Sequence record: DRR378314_685
Direction: 5' to 3' (one strand)
Length of the DNA stretch: 39,011 bases
The notes under the pieces were generated by a model. The model did not search any database, was not told the DNA's origin, and saw only the letters and a list, made by a program, of their open reading frames with translations. This document shows, piece by piece, positions 9,785 to 17,800 of this stretch. The translations under genes were made by a program, and so were the position numbers. Each line of letters starts with the position of its first letter. Position 1 is the first letter of the stretch.

Positions 9785-11313
9785 TTGCGTGTGTCCAACT
9801 CGCGGAACCGGATCAGTTCACTGAGGCGCAATCCGGTATATTTACCCATCAGCAGGCAGATCGCCATGATCACGAGAAGCAGTTCAGGGAAGTTGAACAT
9901 CAGATACTCGACATGCGTGTTGGTCATGACGAGGTAAGACGCCGCAGCGACCATCAGGCTGCCGATGCCTTGCTTGATGGCTTCGGTGGCCGAGTATTCT
10001 TCCCAGGCAATCGACATGCGCTCGATCGTCATCGTCAGAATGACCATTGGAAACAGCGATATTGAAAGGCCGATGCGCTGGCCGCTATTGTTCATGATCT
10101 GCGCGATAACGGCCATACAGATAACAATAAACACGACAACGGTCGCCAATCGTGGAACCAGCAGCAACTTCAACTTTTCCAGATAGAAACGCACGGCGAG
10201 TCCCAGCGCGATAAGTGCCGTGAACAGGATGACTCCGTTGACGAGCGCCGTTTCGCGGAACGCAATGCCGATCAGGACAGGCATGAATGTGCCGAGGGTC
10301 TGGAGGCCAATGAACTGGCGGAGGAAGACCAACATCAGAATGCCCACCGGAATGGTCACCAGAACCTGATAGACGAGTTGCGTGGTGATCGGCAGGCGAT
10401 TGAACGAGAACCATTGCATCGCCGAGCCTTCGTCCTTGGCGACACGTTGCACCACATCCGCGACAGCCGCATTGACGGGCTGGATGCTGACTTGCAGGTC
10501 GAGATCGGAGATGCCTTCCGCACGGATGAAATCCTTGGTGCCATGCCAGATCGTGAAGAATTCCTGCGGATCCGGACCTGGGAAGTAACGGCGGTCAACG
10601 CCATCCGCATGATATTCGAGCCAATGCCGGATTTCCGCCCGGCGGCGCGCAGAATCCAAGAATACGCCATTCGCCACGCGGGCAGGGATACCCTGACTGG
10701 TCAAGACATCGCGGGCAAGCGCAAGGCGTGCGATTGGGCGTGGCAGGGCTGGCGATAGCAGGGCGTCGACTTCATCGACATCCCCGTCCACGAAGATCTC
10801 TTCCAGAACGAGATCTGCGAGAGACTCGTCATCGGCTGAGCGCCGGCGCAAGTCCGTGGACCATACGAGGAAAGCCTGTCGCTCAAGGTCGTTTTCTGCC
10901 TCAGGCGCGGCGCGGCGCAGTTTTCGGCGCATGTCGTCGGGAAGGGGGCTTTCAACGGTCTCGCCAAGCAGGCGCGCACGGTATCGAAGCACCTTCCGGT
11001 CATTCGGATAACGATACGTCCAGATGGCGGTCCGGCCCTCATCATTGCGGCCATTCAGCCTCAATCCGAAAGCACCATTGTAGAACTGTTCCTGCGATAC
11101 GCGGCGGTTTTCGCTGTTCGAGGGAACAAAGGTTTCCAGCCGAACTGGCTGGTTGCTCGTATCGAAGTCGAGATAGATCTCGAAATCCCAAGTTGTGGTC
11201 TGCAGGCCGGGGGTCAGCGGATAATCGTGCTGAAGCACTTTCGTCGCGAAGATGCCAAGGCCAATGGCGGCCAGAACCAGGGCAAGTAATCGGGTATGGG
11301 TAAAGCTATTCAC
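9781..11313 (-). CDS. Inactive transglutaminase-like domain fused to a 7TM membrane domain
   Basis: N-terminal TM helix; transglutaminase-like remnant (GIPARVANG, HWLEY) without the catalytic Cys motif; 7TM region with RQFIGLQTLGTFMPVLI, LLLVPRL, FPMVILTMTIER and YTGLRLSELIRF. GTG at 11313 overlaps the upstream stop. Confidence 0.85.
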   Translation of the reverse strand: MNSFTHTRLLALVLAAIGLGIFATKVLQHDYPLTPGLQTTTWDFEIYLDFDTSNQPVRLETFVPSNSENRRVSQEQFYNGAFGLRLNGRNDEGRTAIWTYRYPNDRKVLRYRARLLGETVESPLPDDMRRKLRRAAPEAENDLERQAFLVWSTDLRRRSADDESLADLVLEEIFVDGDVDEVDALLSPALPRPIARLALARDVLTSQGIPARVANGVFLDSARRRAEIRHWLEYHADGVDRRYFPGPDPQEFFTIWHGTKDFIRAEGISDLDLQVSIQPVNAAVADVVQRVAKDEGSAMQWFSFNRLPITTQLVYQVLVTIPVGILMLVFLRQFIGLQTLGTFMPVLIGIAFRETALVNGVILFTALIALGLAVRFYLEKLKLLLVPRLATVVVFIVICMAVIAQIMNNSGQRIGLSISLFPMVILTMTIERMSIAWEEYSATEAIKQGIGSLMVAAASYLVMTNTHVEYLMFNFPELLLVIMAICLLMGKYTGLRLSELIRFRELDTRK

Positions 11314-11833
11314 GGTCTTCTGTTTCGCAGCTGCCAGGAGCAATGAACGTCGAGGCGGAATCGACAAGCACACGGGACGCCATGAATTCGCGTCCTACAA
11401 GGAAATCGTATTCGAATTCTTCCCGGTCAGCCAGATTGACTTCCGCCAGGCCGCTTACGCCGCCGATGCATAGCGGTAAGTGAATCACAGGGCGTCTGAT
11501 GGTTCCGCCCTTTTTCAATTTGATAAGCGCGAAACGCCGAACATTCTGATCGTATCGGACGGTGCGCCCATTCTTGCCGACAAGCCGGAAGCGAACCCAG
11601 TCGTCCTTGCCGGACTTGTTGTAGATGTGAACATCGCGTGCAAACACCGAGCTGGAATCGGCACCCGTATCCAGCTTGCCTTTCATCTCAAGGCCAAGTT
11701 TTCCGACATATACGTTCTCGACATAGCCCATGGTTACCGGGTCGTCGGTCCGGTCGCTGCTGTCAGCGGAGGCTGACATTGCGGGCAATGACAGAAGGGC
11801 CATCGCGGCCACGATAGATCTGAAATACTTCAC
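11306..11833 (-). CDS. Exported retropepsin-like aspartic peptidase (RimK-associated 'ATP-dependent zinc protease' family)
   Basis: Signal-peptide-like N-terminus (MKYFRSIVAAMALLSLPAMSASA), KLDTGADSSS, RRPVI, VNLADRE, LVGREF. GTG at 11833 with an AAGGGA RBS. Confidence 0.85.
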   Translation of the reverse strand: MKYFRSIVAAMALLSLPAMSASADSSDRTDDPVTMGYVENVYVGKLGLEMKGKLDTGADSSSVFARDVHIYNKSGKDDWVRFRLVGKNGRTVRYDQNVRRFALIKLKKGGTIRRPVIHLPLCIGGVSGLAEVNLADREEFEYDFLVGREFMASRVLVDSASTFIAPGSCETEDRE

Positions 11834-12097
11834 GTGAATTTGTCCCTTTGCCTTAATCGAGGCAGTCCTCTGCTCACCTACCATGCGAGCGGTGAAGGCG
11901 ATAGCGTTCGGATCACTTCGGCGTCCCAATTGGGGACGTGGTACAGACTGATAAGTTCCCTGACGACGCCCATTTTTGCCTCAAAAACCTGATTTCGTGT
12001 CATTTCTATGGTGAATACGAGGATCGACTGTGGCCCCGGTCTTGCATGTCAATAAACTGCACCTTCTGCGTGTATCACCCCACAAAAATTAACCAAG

Positions 12098-12122
12098 AAT
12101 AGAATTTTAAAAAAACTCTATT
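12098..12122. promoter_or_regulatory. AT-rich imperfect palindrome, candidate operator in the divergent peptidase/pfaD intergenic region
   Basis: AATAGAATTTT-AAA-AAAACTCTATT, with 10 of 11 arm positions complementary. Confidence 0.45.
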
Positions 12123-12127
12123 TCAGG

Positions 12128-12155
12128 TTGCGTTCTGTAATTGCTGCTATAGAAT
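12128..12155 (+). promoter_or_regulatory. Candidate sigma70 promoter for the pfa operon
   Basis: TTGCGT(12128-12133)-N16-TAGAAT(12150-12155). Confidence 0.45.
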
Positions 12156-12305
12156 GAACGTCGGAGGGAGAGAGCTTCGGCTGTCTCGGAGACTGTAAGA
12201 CGCTGGGGAGTGGTTCGGTTCGCAATCACAAATGCCGGGCGTCATGTTGACGTTGAGAATGGATCGAACCCCGAAGAATTCGGGGGTGATAGGCAGGAAG
12301 GCTTT

Positions 12306-13823
12306 ATGGATCGGTCGGTGGATCAGATTCTGGACTGCATTCGCGAGAATGTGGACGTGCATGTCCAGAATGGCGTGCTGGTTGCGAAGTCGGCAGATGC
12401 GCGATCTTTATCTCTGCCTGCGATCTATCCCGAATGGCTGGGAGACGCGGCGTTTGCACAGGCGCATGGTGCTCGATTCAACTATGTCGTCGGCGAAATG
12501 GCGCGGGGCATCGCCACGCCCAGGATGGTTATCGAGGCCGTTCGAGCAGGATGTGTCGGGTTCTATGGCAGCGCCGGACTGAAGCCCGACACGATCCAGG
12601 CGGGCATACAGGAAATCAAGGCAGGCATTGCGCAGGGGCAAACCTCTTGGGGTGCGAATCTGATTCATTCACCCCAACAGCCGGGCTACGAAGCAGAAGT
12701 CGTGGACTTGTTCCTGTCGATGGGCGTCAGGCGCGTTTCGGCGTCAGCCTATATGCGTTTGTCGCCAGAAGTCGTCCGATACACAGCGCTTGGCTTGTCG
12801 AGGGACGGACAAGGCGGCATCCGGCGCGCCAATCATGTTTTCGCGAAAGTATCGCGCGCTGAAGTCGCGCGGCAATTCATGCAGCCTGCGCCAGAGAAAA
12901 TTCTGCGCGCGCTGGTATCAGAAAATCGCATATCGCCGGAGCAGGCCGAACTTGCGGCGCAGGTTCCCGTCGCGCTCGACATCACGGCTGAGGCGGATAG
13001 CGGTGGTCACACCGACAACCGCGCCGCGGCGCCCTTGTTTTCATCGCTGTCTATTGCGCGTGATCAAGTGGCTGCGGAAACGGGTATCAATGCGAACATG
13101 ATCCGTATCGGCCTGGGCGGCGGCATTGCCACACCGCACGGCGTAGCGGCGGCGTTCCAGATGGGCGCAGCCTATGTCCTGACCGGATCAATCAATCAGG
13201 CGGCCATCGAGTCGGGTTTGTCCGAACCTGCGCGACAATTGCTCGCCAAGGCTGGGCCAGCCGATGTCGGGATGGCTCCGGCAGCGGACATGTTCGAACA
13301 AGGCGTCGAAGTGCAGGTGCTGAAGCGCGGAACCTTGTTCGCCATGCGGGGGCGCAAACTGCACGCGCTCTACAAGGCGGGCTTGTCGTTCGAAACGATG
13401 ACACAGAAGGATCGGGCTTGGCTGGAAGACGTATTGGGCGAGCCATTTGACGATGTCTGGCAGAAGACACGAGCCTTCATGCTGCAATCAAACCCGAAGG
13501 AAGCGGCGCGCGCTGAGGTGGATGGGAACAAGCGGCTGGCGCTGGTGGCGCGTCGCTATCTGTTCATGGGCGCACAATGGGCGCGTGAGGGTGTGGCCGA
13601 CAAGGCCTCGGACTATCAGATCTGGTGCGGGCCAGCCCAGGGCGCATTCAATGAATGGGTTGCTGGCACATTTCTGGAGCCAATCGAGAGCCGGACGGTT
13701 CGCCAGATCGCCCTGAATCTGATGGAAGGTGCGGCACGATTGACGCGAGCAGGGCAAATGCGCGCTGCAGGCATTGCTGTGCCGCCCACTGCGTTCTCCT
13801 GCACGCCAAAAAGGTTTCTCTGA
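12306..13823 (+). CDS. pfaD: PfaD-family FMN-dependent enoyl reductase (PUFA synthase/polyketide type)
   Basis: YVVGEMARGIA, WGANLIHSP, VSASAY, FAKVSRAEVA, AEADSGGHTDNR, APAADMFEQGVEVQVLKRG, DYQIWCGPAQGAFNEW. ATG at 12306 with an AGGAAG RBS. Confidence 0.92.
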   Translation: MDRSVDQILDCIRENVDVHVQNGVLVAKSADARSLSLPAIYPEWLGDAAFAQAHGARFNYVVGEMARGIATPRMVIEAVRAGCVGFYGSAGLKPDTIQAGIQEIKAGIAQGQTSWGANLIHSPQQPGYEAEVVDLFLSMGVRRVSASAYMRLSPEVVRYTALGLSRDGQGGIRRANHVFAKVSRAEVARQFMQPAPEKILRALVSENRISPEQAELAAQVPVALDITAEADSGGHTDNRAAAPLFSSLSIARDQVAAETGINANMIRIGLGGGIATPHGVAAAFQMGAAYVLTGSINQAAIESGLSEPARQLLAKAGPADVGMAPAADMFEQGVEVQVLKRGTLFAMRGRKLHALYKAGLSFETMTQKDRAWLEDVLGEPFDDVWQKTRAFMLQSNPKEAARAEVDGNKRLALVARRYLFMGAQWAREGVADKASDYQIWCGPAQGAFNEWVAGTFLEPIESRTVRQIALNLMEGAARLTRAGQMRAAGIAVPPTAFSCTPKRFL

Positions 13824-13850
13824 TATGATGTCTTACAAGGTCAGCAAGCC

Positions 13851-16800
13851 ATGAGTTCAAAAGCCGCCACACCGATTGCCATTGTAGGCATGGGCGCGAT
13901 CTTCCCAGGGCGCGGGGATGTGACCGGGTTCTGGCGTGATGTGTTCGAGGGACGCGACTTGTTGTCGGATGTGCCGTCCACGCATTGGCTGACCGAAGAC
14001 TATTATGACAGTGATCCGAGGACGAAGGACAAGACTTATGGCAGGCGGGGCGGGTTCATTGATCCTGTCGCTTTCGATCCGCTGACCTTCGGTATCCCTC
14101 CAAAGGCGATGGAGGGGACGGATACAGCACAGTTGCTGGCGCTGGTCGCGGCATATGCGACGCTTCAGGATATTGAGCGTGATAGCGAGGGTCGGATCGA
14201 CAAATCTCGTACGAGCGTGGTCTTGGGTGTAGCGTCTGCTACCGAGTTGACGGCGCATATGGCAGGTCGTCTCCAACGGCCGGTCTGGGTCAATGCCATG
14301 CGCGAAGCCGGACTGCCGGAAAGTGAAGTCACTGCGCTCGCCGAGCGGATCGAAAGCCACTATGTCGAATGGCAGGAAGCGACATTTCCGGGACTGCTCG
14401 GAAACGTCGTAGCCGGACGGATTGCCAACAGGTTTGATCTTGGCGGCAGCAACATGGTCACTGACGCGGCATGTGCCTCAAGTCTTTCTGCACTGAGCAT
14501 CGCGTTGCATGAACTGCGCTCTGGCGACAGCGACACGGTGCTGACTGGTGGCGTCGACGCGCTCAATGACATCCTGATGTATATGTGCTTTTCAAAAACG
14601 CCGGCCTTGTCGCCAACAGGTGACTGCCGGCCGTTCTCGAACGAAGCCGATGGCACCATGCTTGGCGAAGGGATCGGCATGCTGGCGCTGCGCCGGCTCG
14701 AAGATGCGGAACGCGATGGCAACACGATCCATGCTGTGATCCGGGGACTTGGCGGTGGATCGGATGGTAAAGGCACAGCCATTTATGCGCCGGTGCCAGA
14801 AGGGCAGGCGCGCGCCTTGAGGCGTGCCTATGAGCAAGCGGGGTACGGCCCGGAAGCCGTCGACCTGGTTGAAGGGCATGGCACCGGGACGAAAGCCGGT
14901 GACAAGGCTGAGCTGGATGGACTGCATCTGGTTTTCGGTGAGGTTGACTCTGAAGCCCCATGGTGTGCGCTTGGGTCCATCAAGTCCCAGATCGGACATA
15001 CGAAGGCCGCCGCCGGCGCCGCCAGTCTTGTCAAAGTCGTGAATGCGCTCAGTCGTAAAATCCTTCCGCCTACAATCAAGATCGAAGAACCTGCGGAAGT
15101 CATCAAGGATAGCCCAGCCTTCTACCTGAACACCGAGGCTCGCCCCTGGATTGCGCCCAAAAAGCGCCCGCGCCGCGCGTCTGTCAGTTCATTCGGATTT
15201 GGCGGAAGCAATTTCCATGTGACGCTGGAGGAGTATGTCGGCAAGACAGCGGCGAAGCCTTATCGGGTGATGCCAGCAGAGCTGTTTCTGTTCAGTGAAG
15301 ATTCGGGCAATGCGCTTGCCTCCGCGATTGAGGCTACCCCTGGTCAGCTAGACGAAGCCGGGCTGGCGTACGCCGCCTCGCAAACGCACGCTGCCTTCAG
15401 GGCTGACGCTCCGGCGCGCGCAGCAATCATTGCCGAGTCTCTGGCGGATCTGAAGTCAAAAGCAGAAAGCCTGTCCCAGCAGATCAGGGCTGGCGAGATC
15501 GGTGTCCGTCCGTTCAAGGCTGATTGCGTTGCCTCGCTGGACGCGCCGTTGACTGGCAAAACTGCTTTCATGTTTTCTGGCCAGGGTAGTCAGTATGTCG
15601 GCATGGGTTCTGATCTGGCTATGGCCTTCCCTCTGGCGCGTGAGGCATGGGACAGGGCGGCCGGGCACAAACATACCGGCAGGTTGCGGTTGGATCGACT
15701 GTCCTTTCCACCTGCCGCCTTTGATCAAGTCGACTTCGGCGCTCAAACGCAGACTCTGACAGAGATGCAGCATGCCCAGCCCGCCATCGCGGCGGTCGCA
15801 CTTTCGCAATTGGGACTGCTATCGCAGCTTGGCCTCAATGTAGACATGGCCGCCGGGCACAGTTTCGGGGAAATCATGGCGTTGCACCTTGGCGGCGTAA
15901 TGAATGCTGACACCGCGCTGACAGTTGCGGCAGAACGCGGCGCCCTGATGGCGAAGGCAGCTGGCAACACCAAGGGCGCGATGCTTGCGGTTCAGACGGA
16001 TGCAGAAACGATCAAACCCGTGCTGCAAACAGTGGGGCAGGGCCTGGTGCTCGCCAATGACAATGGACCGGACCAAGTCGTCCTCTCAGGCGCGCAGGAG
16101 GCAGTTGAGGCGGCCAAGGCGGAATGCGACGCGCGAGGCCTAAAGGCGCGGATGCTTCCGGTGGCCACCGCCTTCCATTCCGAGATTGTCGCAGAGGCGG
16201 TGCCGCCTTTTGAAAAGCTGCTTGCCAAGCAGAAGCTCCGCGCGCCGAAACTCGATGTCTATGCGAATGCCACCGCCCGGAAATATGATGCGAAAGTCGC
16301 CGAATTGCCGGCATTCATCGCCGACCAGCTGATCCAGCCGGTGCGTTTCCGTGAGCAGGTTGAGGCCATGTACGCGGACGGTGCAAGGGTTTTCGTCGAA
16401 GTCGGTCCTGGTGGTGTCGTGACTGGTCTCGTCGGTCATATATTGGGTGATCGGCCTCATCTCGCCATTTCGCTGGACCACAAGCGGCGCAATGGGGTGA
16501 ACCAGTTCCTGCTCGCGATTGCCACGTTGGGCGTAGCAGGAATCGAGCTCGACTATCCGGCGCTGTTTGCTGAACTTCCGCCACAACCGCCCAAACCGGC
16601 TCCGTCCAAGCATGCAGTGAAGATCACTGGCGGCAATTACAACAAGCCGTATCCGCCGGCCAAGGGCGCTGAGGGGGGCGCGACACCGAACCCCGAAAAG
16701 CCAGCGATGCCCACGAAATCCACCATGGCGGAATCATCCGCTCCTCCTTCGGTCCGGGCTGGTGTTTCACCACGACCGGCTGCTCAAGACCTTCCAGAAC

Positions 16801-17765
16801 AGACAGGCGCTTCCATGACTCAAGATCCGTCCGCACCGAGCCCGTATTTCGCTCCGTTACAAAGTTCCGCACCTGCAGTACCCGCTTCGACCACTGAGCG
16901 TATCATGCAGGAAGTTTCCCAACGCCACGCGGATTATATGGCAGCCATGTCGACGGCGCATTCGGCATTTCTGAATGTCGCGGTTCAACTTGCCGGACAA
17001 GTGCCAAGCGAGCCGGCAAAGCCAGCCGCGTTGCCAGCGCCTGCTCCAGCACCAAAGCCGGCGCCCGTTGCTGCGCCATCTCCTGTCGTTCCGTCGCAAG
17101 CCAATGGGGCCTATCATGAGGACGCGCCCGAGCCAGCACCTGAACCCGGACCGGTTCCAGAAAGTGCTCCGGCGCCGAAACCTGCCAGTCCTGCGCCCGT
17201 GGCAGCGCCTGCAGTCACGCAGCCGGTACTGGGGGCAGATTCGGTTGGCCTGGTCCGCGCGATAATTGCAGAGAAGACGGGGTATCCGGAGGATATGCTT
17301 GAACCGGACATGGATCTGGAGGGCGAACTCGGCGTCGACTCGATCAAGCAGGTGGAGATTCTTTCTACGCTGAGAGAGCGCATGCCGGACCTCCCGGAAA
17401 TCGACCCTGAACAGCTTGTTGAATTGCGCACGATTTCGGCAATTGCCGAAATGATTGATGCATCCAGCACGGGAGCGGCGGCCCCAGCTGCGGCGCCTGT
17501 GAGTGTGTCGGAGCCGGAAAGGGGCGCGGCCAATGGCGGCATTTCCGCCGATACAGTTCGGGCATTGATAGCGGAGAAGACCGGCTATCCGGAAGATATG
17601 CTGGAAGATGACATGGACCTTGAGGGCGAGCTTGGGGTCGATTCGATCAAGCAGGTGGAAATCTTGTCCGCCCTGCGCGATCAGCACCCGGAGCTGCCCG
17701 AAGTCGATCCAGAGGTTCTTGCCGACTTGCGCACGATCCGGGCGATCGCTGATTTTTTTGGGTAG
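13851..17765 (+). CDS. pfaA: PfaA-like iterative type I PKS/FAS: KS-MAT-ACP-ACP (0-frame product; KR follows in the -1 frame)
   Basis: KS triad DAACASS/HGTGT/GHTKAAAG; MAT GHSFG and TAFHS; Pro/Ala linkers; two ACPs with LGVDSIKQVEI. Ends at DFFG* directly after ACP2. Confidence 0.9.
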   Translation: MSSKAATPIAIVGMGAIFPGRGDVTGFWRDVFEGRDLLSDVPSTHWLTEDYYDSDPRTKDKTYGRRGGFIDPVAFDPLTFGIPPKAMEGTDTAQLLALVAAYATLQDIERDSEGRIDKSRTSVVLGVASATELTAHMAGRLQRPVWVNAMREAGLPESEVTALAERIESHYVEWQEATFPGLLGNVVAGRIANRFDLGGSNMVTDAACASSLSALSIALHELRSGDSDTVLTGGVDALNDILMYMCFSKTPALSPTGDCRPFSNEADGTMLGEGIGMLALRRLEDAERDGNTIHAVIRGLGGGSDGKGTAIYAPVPEGQARALRRAYEQAGYGPEAVDLVEGHGTGTKAGDKAELDGLHLVFGEVDSEAPWCALGSIKSQIGHTKAAAGAASLVKVVNALSRKILPPTIKIEEPAEVIKDSPAFYLNTEARPWIAPKKRPRRASVSSFGFGGSNFHVTLEEYVGKTAAKPYRVMPAELFLFSEDSGNALASAIEATPGQLDEAGLAYAASQTHAAFRADAPARAAIIAESLADLKSKAESLSQQIRAGEIGVRPFKADCVASLDAPLTGKTAFMFSGQGSQYVGMGSDLAMAFPLAREAWDRAAGHKHTGRLRLDRLSFPPAAFDQVDFGAQTQTLTEMQHAQPAIAAVALSQLGLLSQLGLNVDMAAGHSFGEIMALHLGGVMNADTALTVAAERGALMAKAAGNTKGAMLAVQTDAETIKPVLQTVGQGLVLANDNGPDQVVLSGAQEAVEAAKAECDARGLKARMLPVATAFHSEIVAEAVPPFEKLLAKQKLRAPKLDVYANATARKYDAKVAELPAFIADQLIQPVRFREQVEAMYADGARVFVEVGPGGVVTGLVGHILGDRPHLAISLDHKRRNGVNQFLLAIATLGVAGIELDYPALFAELPPQPPKPAPSKHAVKITGGNYNKPYPPAKGAEGGATPNPEKPAMPTKSTMAESSAPPSVRAGVSPRPAAQDLPEQTGASMTQDPSAPSPYFAPLQSSAPAVPASTTERIMQEVSQRHADYMAAMSTAHSAFLNVAVQLAGQVPSEPAKPAALPAPAPAPKPAPVAAPSPVVPSQANGAYHEDAPEPAPEPGPVPESAPAPKPASPAPVAAPAVTQPVLGADSVGLVRAIIAEKTGYPEDMLEPDMDLEGELGVDSIKQVEILSTLRERMPDLPEIDPEQLVELRTISAIAEMIDASSTGAAAPAAAPVSVSEPERGAANGGISADTVRALIAEKTGYPEDMLEDDMDLEGELGVDSIKQVEILSALRDQHPELPEVDPEVLADLRTIRAIADFFG
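17245..17760 (+). repeat. Tandem duplicated ACP domains within pfaA
   Basis: Two copies of (V)RAxIAEKTGYPEDMLExDMDLEGELGVDSIKQVEILSxLR at about 17245-17460 and 17545-17760, separated by an Ala/Pro linker. Boundaries are approximate. Confidence 0.9.
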
Positions 17766-17800
17766 GGGGCGGCGGAGCGCCAGCCGCGCTCTCCCGTCCC
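17753..17800 (+). other. Candidate programmed -1 frameshift signal (T_TTT_TTT slippery heptamer plus 3' hairpin)
   Basis: GAT TTT TTT GGG TAG. The -1 frame stop TGA at 17750-17752 and the 0-frame stop TAG at 17763-17765 bracket the T7 run. A 6-nt spacer is followed by hairpin 17766-17800 (14 of 15 positions paired including 2 G-U, loop CAGCC). Confidence 0.7.

Noticed and set aside
16815-16900. Internal ATG (MTQDPSAPS) in the pfaA linker as the start of a standalone ACP protein
   Set aside because: The RBS is weak and there is no other support.
17738-17745. Internal Shine-Dalgarno-like frameshift stimulator upstream of the T run
   Set aside because: Only GGG (17740-17742) is present, which is too weak to claim.
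17766-17800. Hairpin as an intrinsic terminator after pfaA
   Set aside because: No U-tract follows the stem on either strand (the T run precedes it), and essential synthase genes continue downstream.
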